A stretch of DNA of 64,000 nucleotides, taken from NCBI RefSeq assembly GCF_006345805.1, contig NC_043013.1:42470001-42534000 (forward strand), given 5' to 3'. Shown piece by piece: positions 1 through 12,679 of the stretch. The notes beneath the pieces were generated by a model. The model did not search any database. It was not told the DNA's origin and saw nothing but the letters and a program-made list of their open reading frames with translations. The DNA is from Octopus sinensis. Its lineage: Eukaryota. The position numbers and the translations under genes are program-made. The stretch's first letter is position 1. The number at the start of each line of letters is the position of its first letter.

Positions 1-369
1 GTAGATAGATAGATATGGTTGATAGGTCAAATGCATTATTGGTAGATTAGGTGGACTGATAAACAGGCATATAAATTACATAGATAGATTGGATATATGA
101 ATAGATAGGTAAATAACTAGTAACTATATATATATGTGTGTGTGTGTGTGTGTACAAATACGTACATATATATGTATGTATAATATAAATTATATATATA
201 TATATATATACACATATACATATATATGCATATATGGGTATAGGACATCACCAACAGGAAATACGTAAACAAATTAATTAAATACGCAAATGAGAGAGAA
301 AAAAGGACAAGTAATAAAAAGACTGACCCTTCATCAGTTGTCGGCTGTCTATCTACTCTCCATTTCAAG

Positions 370-408
<39 letters not shown>

Positions 409-900
409 TATATATATATATGTATGTATATATACACACACACATATATGTATATACACAAACACACACACGCACATACATATAGAGAGTTACTAAGAAA
501 ACTTCCTTATACGCACACATGCACACACACATACACATACATTACATATGAGAAGAGAAATAGGAAAAAAAAACAATACATGATGAGAATAGGAGTTGAA
601 TAGAGTAAGGGACGTTGTGTTGTATAGCAAGAGAGAGAGAGAGAGAGAGAGAGAGATATGTAAAAAAAAAAGAATATAGATTAAATATAGAGAAATATAA
701 CCATTTATAAATATGTGTGAGAGAGAAAGAGATGCCGGAGTAGTAAACCTCTCTTTTTTTCTCTCACTCCCCCTCTCTCTCTCTCTCTTTCTATTTCCCT
801 CTCTCACTCTCTCAGAGGTTCCACTACACCCTAACAGACTTAACTATACTGCTGGCTCCCATTCCTATCTGACTACAAATATCATGTTTCTGCTGTAGAG
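1..900. repeat. Microsatellite cluster: degenerate (GATA)n, (TA)n, (CA)n, (GA)n/(CT)n
   Basis: Directly visible simple repeats; they explain the YI/CV-rich ORFs 117..467, 290..496 and 493..807. Confidence 0.95.
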
Positions 901-939
901 TTTTGTTCTCTATCATATATTATATAATAACACTTACTG

Positions 940-1330
940 TATGGCTGAATGGTTAAGAATCTAACTTTTGCAATGAACTAGATACTGAGTTCAGTTCCAC
1001 CGCTTGGCATCTTGGGTCAGCGGTTTTGTTTTTAACCATGGACTCAGATCAACCCCTCCCACTTTTGTAAGTGGGTATTGCATTCACAGAAACTGCTCAG
1101 AAGTCTATCAAATGAGCTACAGCTATAATTTAAAGGTCTATCTAACCTTGTCACACACATTCATCGTGATGATTCTGTGTATATCTCAGCCACATGTCTG
1201 TGGAATACTCAGCCACATGTCTGTGAAATACTCAGCCACATGTACACTAGTTTAATTAGCAAGCAGATCAATTGATTAGACAACTGAATATTTATCACTG
1301 AAACTGACATCTATATACGTTGATGTATGT
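940..1330 (+). mobile_element. Degenerate tRNA-derived SINE (family C-like) with an internal 23-bp tandem triplication
   Basis: A-box-like TGGCTGAATGG and B-box-like GAGTTCAGTTCC; the unit CTCAGCCACATGTCTGTGRAATA is repeated about 2.5 times from 1185; the 3' part resembles 56935-57095 and 59740-59880. Confidence 0.55.
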
Positions 1331-1334
1331 TTGC

Positions 1335-1374
<40 letters not shown>

Positions 1375-1377
1375 AGT

Positions 1378-1525
1378 GAAGGCATGGCTATGTTGTGAGA
1401 AGTTTACTTCTCAACCACATGGTTCTGGGTTCAGTCCCACTGCGTGGCACCTACTGGCGCCTCAGGAAAACCAAAGGCATGTGAGTAGATTTGGTAGATG
1501 GAAACTGAAAGAAGCCTTTCGTAAA
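1378..1525 (+). mobile_element. SINE family A, 5' half
   Basis: Matches the head of the full copies (GGTTCTGGGTTCAGTCCCACTGCGTGGCAC...GGAAACTGAAAGAAGCC). Confidence 0.85.
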
Positions 1526-1599
1526 TAGATACATACATACATACGTACATGCATAAATGCATACATAAATACATATCTTTGTGTCTGTATCTGCTTTAA

Positions 1600-1788
1600 G
1601 GATATTGCAAAAGGCCTGATTGGAGGCCCAACCTTCTAAGTTCTTTTATAGGACTTAGGAAAACTGAAGGACCACTGCAGTAAGTGTGTGACTCTGAGAG
1701 GAGAATATGTTGCATAGAGCCATAATTAGCTGATCTTCCTGTATTTTCTTTTATCCAAATCCAGGAACTTTTCAGCACCCACCTTGTA
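1600..1788 (+). mobile_element. mariner-type transposon 3' remnant
   Basis: Translates with frameshifts to ...LEAQPSKFF...DHCSKCVTLRGEYVA*, typical of a mariner transposase C-terminus (RWxKCVxxxGxYVE*); followed by a TIR-like AACTTTTCAGCACCCACCTTG and TA. Confidence 0.55.
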
Positions 1789-2126
1789 TAATATACACTT
1801 TCCCGTCCATCATTTACAAGGTTTTCAGCAATGATCTCATGGATTTTACATAACCTACATAGTTTGAATCAGCAAATCAGCACAAAGGACCACTTGCACT
1901 TGAATTCTCCTCTGTCTCACCAATTCCATTGCTGTATGACATTCCTGCATTTGTATGCCGAATCACCATGAAGTGTTACCCCCAATACACACATCAGATT
2001 TTCTTGTTTTCCCAGCTACAGTTATACATGGTTGTTCTCTCTTCTGTGTAAATATTACATAAATTTATGAATGGTTTGATGTCTTGCAAACTGCTTGTTC
2101 ATATTTTATTCTATTATACCTATATA

Positions 2127-2699
2127 CAGGATGTCCCTTAAGTCAGGACACAGGAAATCTTATGTGTTGGGGGGCTATTTTTCTTCAATGACCATGTAAC
2201 TGGTGAGACTTACCTCACCATGCTGAGAGACCAATTAATGCCCCAACTTGAAAGGCTAGGTGAAGGACTTCCTGAGTGGTTTTAACAGGATGGCGCCCCT
2301 GCCTATTTTGCCATGGTGGTAAGAGATTGGACAAATGACAATTTCCCTAACTGGATTGGAAGACATGGTTATGTGGAGTGGTCTTCTCATTCACCAGATC
2401 TTAGCCCCCTTGGATTCTTTTTCTGGGGTGTGCTGAAATAGAAAGTGTACTCATGAAAGTCACAGATGCAACACACTTGATGGAATGTATAAAGAGTGAA
2501 TGAGCTCAAATTGATGGCAGTGTGGAGTTTATTGCACCAGGTTTGCATAAATCTTGCAAAGCACCTCAACCTTTGCATCACAAATGGTGGAGATCATATT
2601 GAAAAAATATTCCAATTGAATAAAATGTTGTTGAAAATTTTACGTGTATTTCTTGAAAATATACATTTACCTATGAGTCGAGACTTTATGGACACCCTG
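2127..2699 (+). mobile_element. Internally deleted Tc1/mariner (maT/DD37D-like) element with both TIRs
   Basis: TA|CAGGATGTCCCTTAAGTC ... GACTTTATGGACACCCTG|TA (imperfect TIRs, TA target). The interior encodes a decayed catalytic C-terminus: F*QDGAPAYF...WIGRHGYVEWSSHSPDLSPL..FFWGVLK...LNLCITNGGDHIE. Confidence 0.85.
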
Positions 2700-2819
2700 T
2701 ATATATATTTATATTGTCAAATAGTACATTCCTGTAATGTAAGTTCTGTCTTGAGACCTAGGATTCCCTCTTGGGGCCAGTTACCTGGTTTCCCTGGCAT
2801 ATAAGTGACTGAAATCATA

Positions 2820-2998
2820 ATATCCCTCCAGAATGGAGTGCCTGTCAGTCACAGGGTTACTCATTTACAGCTGAGTGGACTGGAGTAATGCAAAATTAAG
2901 TGGTTTGCTCAAGAACACAACATACCGCCCAGTCCTGGAATTGAAACAACAATCTTGTGATCATGAATGCAACACCTTAACCAATACACCACATGACT
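2820..2998 (-). mobile_element. SINE family C (tRNA head plus CORE-like domain)
   Basis: Reverse complement gives GTGTTCTTGAGCAAACCACTT...TCCAGTCCACTCAGCTG, as in the well-preserved copy at 31812-32042. Confidence 0.75.
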
Positions 2999-3049
2999 TT
3001 ACCCATATGATATATTCACTGTGAACTATGAACTTAAGAGTTCCAGTTG

Positions 3050-3435
3050 GATCATGGGCATGTTGACAAAGAATTTAGAGATTATGAGTGGTAGATGCAG
3101 TAAGGACTAAAAACACACATGAAAGAAATTTTCTCAAATGCTTAGAAAACTCTGCTAGAAGTATTTGATATCTTTTGTATTGTAGGCAACCTAGTTAGCT
3201 GTGAAAGGATGTATTGAAAACATAGTAACCAGTGGGAAAGCAGGATGGGGAAAATAAAGCTGTTTCCTCTTCTGGTAACAAAAGGTTTCTCTCTCTCTTC
3301 CAAAGTGAAGGGCTGACTGTATGATGCATGATATGAACAGCAATGCTGCATGGTAGTGATATGTGGGCATTCACTGTGAAAGATATATAATGGCTTGAAA
3401 AAGAAATAAAGCAAACATGATGTGCTGGTTGTGTC
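3050..3435 (+). mobile_element. RTE-clade LINE remnant, RT C-terminal region
   Basis: Decayed translation LFPLLVTKGFSL..KVKG*LYDA, homologous to LPLLATKGLPVRVKGRLYDA in the 40637 copy. Confidence 0.7.
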
Positions 3436-3942
3436 ATGTTAGTGTTGGCAATGCTTCTCAAACTTCTGTGACTGTATTGATGAAAGGCTCATGCATAGTT
3501 GTGTGGTTACGATGTTTGCTTCCCAAGCACCTAGTTTCAAATTCAGTTCCACTCAACTTGGGCAAATGTATTCTTACTATACCCCTGGGCCAACTAAACC
3601 CTTGTGAGTGGATTTGGTTGATGGAAACGGAAAGAAGTCTGTCATGCATATATGTGTCTGAGTTTTACATAATATGATTGTTATAACTCAGTGGTCTTCA
3701 ACCATATTTTGTGTATTGTAGAAATAAAAGCAGTTTATTGCACATAAGTTATATGAACAAAACCCTATGTGGACCCCCAGCTAAGAACCAAGGCTGTAAA
3801 TGATTGTTATTGATTTCCAATATTCTATAAAGACATATCTGGCCATAGGGAAATATTACCTTGCTTGGAAACAGATAAGGGTTGGTGATAAGAAGGTTTT
3901 ATTTATTCATATTTTGAAGTCTATTATTATTATCATTATTTA

Positions 3943-4160
3943 AGGTGGTGAGCTGGCAGGATCATTAGCACACTGGACAAAATGCTTAGTGGTATTTCAT
4001 CTGTCCTTACATTCTGAGTTCAAATTCCTCCGAGGTCAACTTTACCTTTCATCCTTTTGGAGTTGATAAATTAAGTACCAGTTGCATACTGGGGTCAATC
4101 TAATTGGCTGGCCCTTTCTTTCCCCAAAAATTTTAGGCCTTGTGCCTATAGTAGAAAGGT
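3943..4160 (+). mobile_element. SINE family B
   Basis: GGTGGTGAGCTGGCAG...TTCTGAGTTCAAATTCC...GAGGTCAACTTT...TAAGTACCAGTTGCATACTGGGG, matching the copies at 23668-24054 and 43603-43815. Confidence 0.85.
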
Positions 4161-4867
4161 GTATGGTATTTAAATTAATTAAAAAGTAAAAGGTGATCTA
4201 CAAGGGGGGTTCAGATAATGAGCCTGGTCTTTGCTAGCCTACTGGGGCAACTCTGGACATATATGTTGGTTTTATTAGACAGCAGCTCCAGTTTCTGTGA
4301 TATTGTGGGAGTTAGATAATTTCCCCACATGGACAATATCATTCTGTGATAGAGAGTAAGTACATTCTTAAAAGACCCGACAACACACCTACCCACACAC
4401 ACACACACACCATTTGGTGAAGGGTAGTGATGTAAAATACTGTAGATATACAAGAACATGTCTACATTGGATCTGAACTTGTGACTCTTCGACTGGTGGT
4501 CCAGTACCTTACCCACTCAGCTATTTCAGTTGTAGAGCTATAAAATGTCAGTCGATGAAATTATCAACTAGCTCCATTCCATAGCTGACTGGTGAGGTCA
4601 ACTTTGTCTTTCATCCATTTAAGGTCGATGAAATAATTACCAATAAAGTACTGCAAGGAGAAGATCAATATAATTGATTGTTGATTGTACATTCCTCTAT
4701 CCAAAGTTTGTTACAATTTGTCTATGTCAGAAATCAATTTTATTTAACCCTTTGGCACACAAATTGCTCTTTCAAAAGTAATGCTTGTTTATTCACATTA
4801 TTTTGAATTAATCATGCATTATCTCATCGCTTCTAGAATTCATTGATGTGATTACGCTTTTTTTTTT

Positions 4868-5252
4868 TTTATACTTGTTTCAGTCATTTGACTGTGGCCA
4901 TGCTGGAGCACCGCCTTTAGTCGAGCAAATCGACCCCAGGACTTATTCTTTGTAAGCCTAGTACTTATTCTATCAGTCTCTTTTGCCAAACCGCTAAGTT
5001 ACAGGGATGTAAACACACCAGCATCAGTTGTCAAGCGATGTTGGGGGGGGCGACAAACACAGACACACAAACACACACATATATATACATATACATGTAT
5101 ACAATGAGCTTCTTTCAGTTTCCGTCTACCAAATCCACTCACAAGGCTTTGGTTGGCCCAAGGCTATAGTAGAAGACACTTGCCCAAAGTGCCACACAGT
5201 GGGACTGAACCCGGAACTATGTGGTTGTTAAGCAAGCTACTTACCACACAAC
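4868..5252 (-). mobile_element. SINE family A, near full length
   Basis: Reverse complement of the 34955-35345 type sequence, with the internal (CA)/(TA) microsatellite. Confidence 0.9.
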
Positions 5253-5325
5253 CACTGAAAGTCGAAACAATACTTTTCTCTTCCATGCTAAATGAATGTC
5301 TAAACATTATGAAGCTACTGAGAAA

Positions 5326-5813
5326 ATCTCCATAAATACATGTGATTGAAAGGGGGGCTAGTGGAAAGATATTTCAAAACAACTCCACATTAATTGCGAA
5401 TTTGCTAATTTCAAGATTAAAATCTTCAATAGATTTTTTCCCATTGTCGGCGCAATAAATCTAAAATATACAAACAAGTATCAGTACATACCCATAACAA
5501 AGCGAGTTTGCACGTCCTCTGTGGTCTTGTTTTGATATAAATACAAGTGATCGTCATGAGAAGATTTAAATCTGACTTTTCTGAATCTATACCTGCAAGT
5601 ATTTGTGTATAGACATGCAAACTCGCTTTGTTATGGGTATGTACTAATACTTGTTTGTATATTTTACATTTATTGCACCGGCAATGGGAAAAAATCTATA
5701 TAAGATTTTATATAAGATTTTAATCTTGAAATTAGCTAATTCGCAATTAATGTGGAGTCTTTTTTAAATATCTTTTCACTAGCCCCCTTTCAATTGCATG
5801 TATTTATGGAGAT
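5326..5813. mobile_element. Foldback / long-TIR MITE (arms about 190-200 bp, 95-bp loop)
   Basis: 5326-5516 is the reverse complement of 5612-5813 with few mismatches; the right arm has an extra TATAAGATTTT duplication. AAGCTAC occurs near both ends (5312-5318 and 5814-5820). Confidence 0.85.
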
Positions 5814-6176
5814 AAGCTACCCCTATTTTGCAGAAAAAAGTGCTGGCACCTGGCTATGAGGTTATATTATTAGCATTATCCTGGATTTGAGAATTTAAAA
5901 TCACTTCTTTAATATATATATATATATATATCTTTTATTAAACTTTTGATATTTATATATAAAAAAAAAATTTTTTTTTAAATAAATTAATAAATTAAAT
6001 AATATAAAAATATACATACATATATATATATATTTAAAATTTATAAGTTTAAATTATTTAAATAATTTTTTTAATTTTTAACTTTTATATTTTAAAATTA
6101 ATTTTATGTATTGGCTTATGTTTTTCACTAATAGTGGTTTTATCTCTAATTTAATATAATATATATATATATATAT

Positions 6177-8245
6177 GCTCTCTCGTGTCATTTGTGCTCC
6201 ATCATGCAGGCCCATTAACATTACCCATCCTGCAGTACATGTTCACCTTATTTGTTTGCACCCTCCACACACCCTTCGCATCTAGTGTCCATGTTTCACT
6301 AACATGCAACATCATCACACTTGTACACAAACATCGTACATTTTGCTCTTCACTTGAAGAGAGTATCCTTCCGTTGCAAGGAGAGATATATAGCTTGCTG
6401 GGTATATTTGCACCCTGTTCTTACTCTAGCTGCTCTGCGTTCAGAGAACCCATACCCGCTGCTAATTAGGTCATGTAGGTATGAAAAGTGTTTGAAAGTA
6501 TTTACTCTCACAGGTGCTCTTACCACTAACTACTCCTGTGCATCTGCTATAAACAAATTCTTGCTTTTCTGTCAGCCTGCCTGTGATCCTGCTACACTCT
6601 TGTTTATGTATCCATAGTTTTACATTGGATCCATCATATGGAATTTGTACCTGTTCATTTTTTTTTTTTTTCCATTGTCAGCATAGTCACATTTCCAACA
6701 GTTTTAAAGTCTTTTCTCTTTTCCTGTTTACTAAAACCTTTGTTTTTGTTGTTCATTTTTGAGGCCTTTCAAAATTCTATATTTCACTGCAACACCTGGA
6801 ATTTCATCTCTAAATCCTCAACAGATGAGAACTAGGTCATCGCAATACAGGAGTTCCCATAGACAAGCAGTATTAAGCTCCTTTGTTATGACCCGAAGGA
6901 CTATAATAAACTGGAGAGAGCTGAGAATTAGGTCGCTGTAATGCATGAGTTCCCATAGGCAGCCAATCTCAAACTTCTGTTATGGGCCTGGAGGCTTTAA
7001 TAAACAGAAAGAAGCTGAGAACCAGGCTCTGGTGAATGTCTCTCTGCATGCGAAATTCCTCAATGAATTCATTGTTAATTTTTATCTTATTGACAGCATT
7101 TCTATACATGTCTTGCACAGATCCCACAAGCCATTCATCTGGACTTTGTTTTCTTAAAGCTCATCAGGTTACACACTGAGGTACCGTCTCAAAGCCTTTC
7201 TTCAGATCAACAAATGTTAGGTAGAATGACTTACTCTTAACTAAGGATTTGCAATTGTTCCATTGATAAGTTTTTTTCCCTAGTCTGTTGTGTTACAACT
7301 ATTTATGCTTCTTTCATAACTTGGTCCTTTGTCCTGGCTTCTTTCTTGCTCATTTCCTATTCCCATGTAGCTATGCAAGTGACTGGCATGTATTTCCATT
7401 ATGCCAGATATTTTATTTTCAGCCCCTCAGCAGCTATTCTTAATGGTCCATCTGCTTCCCCTGCCTTCATATCCATAATTGCACTTGTGACTGACTGTTA
7501 TGGTTGTCAACATCAATATCTCGTCCTTCTGCCAGGTCTACCTGAGTGAGACGCTTTCTTTTGTATGCCTCTTCCACATTCGTCTGTAGTAACATACCCA
7601 GGTCATTTTGCCTTTTTGGCATCAATGAAGGTAAACGTGTTGCTACTGCCATGCTAAACATACTTTACACAAATAACATCTTGATAAACTGCTTTGCAAT
7701 CCAGAGCACCACGCTTCTCATCCTCTCATCGCAGAGCATTGGCAAAACTTGACTTTTTGCTTGGTTTTATGCTATGTCTGCCTAACATCTGGCTGCTCTT
7801 CAGATACTGTTTGCTGCCTCCCACACCTTTTTCAATCTTTTCAAGTTTGTTTCTTAGCTTTTATGACTCTATTCACTGCACCATTCCATCACCACATCAT
7901 CTTCTGCTTGGCTCCAACCACAAATTTCTCTGCAGATTACAACAAATCGTCTCAGAAATTTCCAGTTGTTCTACATGTCAAAGGTCTCTCTCTCTCTTCT
8001 TAATACATTCATTTCTTAGAACTTAAAGCTAAACCTACGTCTAGCAGAGAGATCTTTCACATTCCATACCATCTTTCTCCAGCTTGTCTTGTGTTCTTTG
8101 TATGGGTGTTTAACTCTTACTTTAAAACTCCTTATTATTACTTCACGTTCATGTTGCTCTACTTTTTGTTTTATCTTGTGTCCCATTCCGATGTTCCAAG
8201 AAAAAATTAATGCACCCACCATGGACAAAGTTAGTATATAATATA
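6177..8245 (-). mobile_element. RTE-clade LINE ORF remnant (linker, RT, PHD-like finger, C-terminus), heavily decayed
   Basis: The minus strand gives WWWNGAVNRVIKAKKQ, FVDLKKGFETVP (7180-7214), EWLVGSVQDMYRNA, LWELLYCDDLVLI, KLWIHK..CSRITGRLTEK and FSYLHDLISSG, collinear with the RTE RT motifs FVDLEKAFD, YADD and YLG. Confidence 0.85.
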
Positions 8246-8381
8246 TTCTTTTATTCTTTTACTTGTTTCAGTCATTTGTCTGTGGCCATGGTTTTTAACT
8301 GCTAAGTTACAGAGACATAAACACACCAACATTGGTTGTCAAGCAATGGTGGTGGGGGGGACAAATACAGACACAAATACA

Positions 8382-8425
<44 letters not shown>

Positions 8426-8644
8426 GAGGGAGAGAGAGAGAGAGAGAAGAGACCAAAGAGTGTAGTACGTATGCCGCTATATGTTTTATATATAAAAAAT
8501 GCAAAATGAGACAAGAACACAAAACATCCAGATAGACGATACAAAGTAAACAAGGACGGGTCATTCGGATTTTTCTTACCTCAGTCAAGTTCCAGATTTT
8601 CTTTTCCCATTTCGTATTTTTTATATATAAAAAAATATATATAT

Positions 8645-8713
<69 letters not shown>

Positions 8714-9289
8714 CACCACAGGCTTCTTTCAGTTTCCATCTACCAAATCCACTCACAAGGCTTTTGTCAGCCTGATGCTATAGTAGAAGACATTTGCCCA
8801 AGGTGCCACACTGTGGGACTGAACTTGGAACCTTGTGGTTGGGAAGCAAGCTTCTTATCACACAGCCACGCATATTGGTTTCAAATTTTGACACTAGACC
8901 AGCAAGTTCAAGGATGGAAGTGAATCAGTTACATTGATCCCAGTGCTCTGACTCTGAAAGGGATGAAAGGCAAAGTCAACCTTGGCAGATTTAACCCAGA
9001 ATGTACAGATAGACAAAACGTCACTAAGCACTTTGCCCAGTGTGCTAATAAATTTACCAGCTTGCCACCTTAAAGTGTGTATGTATATATATATATACAT
9101 ATTCAAAATAAGTTATAATAACAATTTTATTGTAATTTTCATTCACTTGTGTTACACTCCATTCTGAAGTTCCATGCCCAACCAATGGGATATGTGCCTC
9201 GCTTTGAGAAACACTGATCTCTGTTGAGTGGTATAAACTTTGTCAGGGCAAGTATAAACATTCACAGCCATCTTGTCCATTCTGGTTCC

Positions 9290-9480
9290 TTAACCTGTCT
9301 CTTGATGTTAATGCTACAAACAGTTAGCTAATTCACATTACAGAACTCCAAGAGCCTTGATCCTTCTTCCATACTATCCCCTCTTCCTTATACCATATCC
9401 AGTTTCTTCATGTATGCCAGAGTACCATCATGGTTTTGCTGAACATGTCCATTAAAGTTACCAACCAGGATAAACTCGTA
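9290..9480 (-). mobile_element. RTE LINE AP-endonuclease remnant, probably the same insertion as 6177-8245
   Basis: The minus strand gives FILVGNFNGHV...EEGSRLLEFCNVN*LTVCS (GDFNGHVG...EG.RLLEFC motif). It lies on the same strand upstream of the RT part, separated from it by SINE insertions. Confidence 0.75.
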
Positions 9481-9489
9481 GTGATATAC

Positions 9490-9893
9490 TCTTTTACTTG
9501 TTTCAGTCATTTGACTGTGGCCATGCTGGAGCACTGCCTTTTAGTCGAAGAAATCGACCCCAAGACTTATACTTTGTAAGCCCAGTACTTATTCTATCAG
9601 TCTCTTTTGCCGAACTGCTAAGTGACGGGGACATAAACATACCAGCATCGGTTGTCAAGCAATGCTAGAGGGACAGACACACAAACATACATACACACAC
9701 ACACACATATATATATGCACACATATATACGATGGCTTCTTTCAGTTTCCGTCTACCAAATCCACTCACAAGGCTTTGGTCGACCTAAGGCTATAGTAGA
9801 AGACACTTGCCTAAGGTGCCACGCAGTGGGACTGAACCCAGAACCATGTGGTTGGTAAGCAAGCTACTTACCACACTGCCACTCCTGCGCCTA
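9490..9893 (-). mobile_element. SINE family A, full length
   Basis: Head GGCGCAGGAGTGGCAGTGTGGTAAG through tail TGACTGAAACAAGTAAAAG on the minus strand. Confidence 0.92.
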
Positions 9894-9937
9894 ATGTTTC
9901 TCTACCTTTTTTTTTTGTCTCATGTTCCATGAAAATG

Positions 9938-10140
9938 AAGGCACATGGTTTAATGGTTAGCCTGTTCAGCTCACAATCTTAAGATTGCGAGTTCAATTTC
10001 CAGTGGTGCGTTGTGTCCTTGAGCAAGACACTTTATTTCACGTTGCTCCAGTCCACTCAGCTGGCAATAATGAGTAGTACCTGTATTTCAAATGGCCAGC
10101 CTTGTTATTCTGTGTCATGCTGAATCTCCTTGAGAACTAC
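9938..10140 (+). mobile_element. SINE family C
   Basis: tRNA-like head (TGGTTTAATGG, GAGTTCAATTTCC) followed by the CORE-like GTGTCCTTGAGCAAGACACTT...CTCCAGTCCACTCAGCTGG. Confidence 0.8.
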
Positions 10141-10597
10141 ATGTAGTACTGTAGCCACCAGGCACAAAATTCTCATTAAAGTAATCTACTGTTTTTTTTT
10201 TCTTAGTCCATAGTGTATCTTTTTTATACTCTGTACTTAATAAAAACTAGTTCCATTGATATCTGTTAAGTTTAATGAGGCAGCATGACTTGCAGAAAAT
10301 ACCAATTCTGCTACTGCAACAGCCATGAAATTTGATTTTGCATTTGAAGGGTTAATGAACTAAATGTACAAACATGAACACACAAATATGCATATACATG
10401 CACACAAGCACATACATGCACATATGTGTTGAAATATATACATAGCTGTAAGGTCAGTAACCTCAGTAAATGATTTTATAATAGACATTTAAAATCCGTT
10501 GAATACTTTATTTAACTGTGGCCTTCTTGTTCTTCAATTATGGATATACAAACACACACACACATACACAGATTTTGTGTGTATATATGTGTGTATC

Positions 10598-10778
10598 TCT
10601 TTTACTTGTTTCAGTCATTTGACTGCAGCCATGCTGGAGCACTGCTTTTAGTCGAGCAAATCGACCCCAGGACTTATTCTCTATAAGCCTAGTACTTATT
10701 CTCTTGGTGTCTTTTGCCGAACCGCTTGTCAAGCGATGTTGTGTGTGTGTGTGTGGGGGGGTACACAGACACACAACC

Positions 10779-10811
<33 letters not shown>

Positions 10812-10973
10812 CATTTACACAACGGGCTTCTTTCAGTTTCCGTCTACCAAATCCACTCACAAGGCTCTGGTCAGCCCAAGGCTATAATAGAAGACACTTG
10901 CCCAAAGTACCCCGCAGTGGGACTGAACCCGGAACCATATGGTTGGTAAGCAAGCTACTTACCACACAGCCAC
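10598..10973 (-). mobile_element. SINE family A, near full length
   Basis: Reverse complement of the family A consensus seen in this window. Confidence 0.9.
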
Positions 10974-10977
10974 TTCT

Positions 10978-11145
10978 AAAATAAGGGTAGGAAAATTACA
11001 TCAAAAAATTATCATAGAAGCTATAAGTCCAAAATGATATTGTATTAAGAGATAGATGTATAAATATATAAAGTATGACTTATTAAATAGTTTTAAAAGT
11101 TTAAAATATCTTACAATCGTTTCATGAATGTATTACCTCAGAATG
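10978..11145. repeat. Left arm of a ~170-bp inverted repeat (partner at 12680-12845)
   Basis: AAAATAAGGGTAGGAAAATTACATCAAAAAATTATCATAGAAGCTATAAGTCC... matches the reverse complement of 12680-12845 with scattered mismatches. Confidence 0.85.
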
Positions 11146-12098
11146 TATTGCCTAATTCTATTATAAATGATTCCACAACAAATTTGAATATAACACCATG
11201 CACCATAACAAATAATAATAATAATAATAGTATTAAATATTATACCACAGAACAGAAATATACAACTAAATATTGCGCATGTACAAATGAAAAACCATGT
11301 CCTTTAGAAAGCAAATGTAGAATGTTCAACATGATATATAAATTCATTGTTACAAAAGCTGTTAACTCACACAACATGGTATTTATAAGGAGCTCTATTA
11401 ACATTAAGCAAAGATTTTTAGCACATATACAATCATTTAAACTGAATGTAACGCGAGTAACACTACTTCATTGGCTACGTATTTACATAAACTCAAACAA
11501 AAAAAGTTAACTATAAATTATCTTGGTTAATCATTGACTCAGTTACACCATATACACATAAATCTTCTGTCTGCTGTCTTTGTACAAAGGAATCACTATA
11601 CATATTAACAAAATAATTTGGATCTTTTCAGTTTGAACGGCAGTTTTTAACATAATTTCTAGGTAACTAAAAAAATTTTAAACTTCCTATCCTGGTAGAA
11701 TGTGTTTATAAAACATCTTTTTCTCTTGGCTTTATTGAGAAAATTCTATAGTTTGTAAGATATTTGTTGCTTTTTTTTTCTTCAATTTCAACCAATCAAT
11801 GACCATCTATTGAGGTGAAAACATTCTGTGCCGCATGAATATGTCCCTCGTTTAAGAAACAGATTGGGTTTATTTACATTTCTGAAGAAAAAAAGATACC
11901 CTTCCCCCACCCCTAACCCCAAAATAGATTGAAATGCAATAGATCGATACTAGGGTCATAATTATGGGTGACAATTTCATATGACACCGCTAGAAAAAAC
12001 TGCCATTCAAACCGAAAAGATCCAATAATTTAATTAATTGCCAGTCAGAAGCATTATCCACATGTAGACATAGGTTTTATAAAACCTTTAAACACTAA
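11124..12098 (+). mobile_element. Penelope-like element remnant: GIY-YIG endonuclease and C-terminus, split by a MITE
   Basis: CACTNEKPCPLESKCRMFNMIYKFIVT...VFIRSSINIKQRFLAHIQSFK, then after frameshifts LSWLIIDSVTPY..SSVCCLCTKESLYIL, and after the MITE NNLINCQSEALSTCRHRF...* (TAA 12096-98). This matches the PLE pattern CxC..CPL..C, Y..YIG..FK.R...H, W.I....PY....C.LC..E, LN.RSE..S.CRH. Confidence 0.8.
11620..12023 (+). mobile_element. MITE family M (GGATC TIR, 8-bp TSD; Merlin-like), copy 1
   Basis: GGATCTTTTCAGTTTGAACGGCAGTTTTT ... AAAAAACTGCCATTCAAACCGAAAAGATCC; TSD AATAATTT at 11612-19 and 12024-31. Confidence 0.92.
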
Positions 12099-12679
12099 TA
12101 TCTTACTTTTATTATATTTCATATAGTGGTATCATAGTAATAGTCGGATGCTTACAAGTAAGAGAAAAGAAAATTAAATTTTAATTATTTTGAGTATACA
12201 CATATTCACATAACATAAATTCTCCATTGGATGAATGCTAGAAAGGCCTTCTTGAAATTTGAACCTGTACACCTCTAGTGTACAACAAACTGATTTTTAC
12301 ATTTGCATAAGATATAACAATGTCATCTTGCAGTTTTATATATACAACTATAAAAGGCGAAAATCTAATTACTGTTATTTTCTGCATTTATGGATTACAT
12401 ATTGAAGAGAGCTGAATTATGGGATTTATATTACACACAGCCATTATGGATTACCACAGAGGATTTTACCACGGATGTCTATTTTTCCTTCGAAATTTTT
12501 AGCACAAGATTGTACAAATGCATTTTTATGACAGTAACTTTTAAGCAATATTTTTAAACAACAACTTTTTCATAAATTTCTAAATAGCATTCAACTGACT
12601 ACACAGAAATTCACTCTCTTTATCTCTGATGAGTGGATGTATTACCTAATAATGATTATCAAATTTAGATTCCATTTCT

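Noticed and set aside
1795-2095. Possible LINE fragment on the minus strand (and similarly 37230-37620 on +)
   Set aside because: No motif could be aligned convincingly by eye.
5028-5231. Recurrent ORFs such as ...LLSVSVYQIHSQGFG...VEDTCPRCHAVGLNPEPCG
   Set aside because: They are the antisense reading of SINE A, repeated in many copies, and not a gene family.
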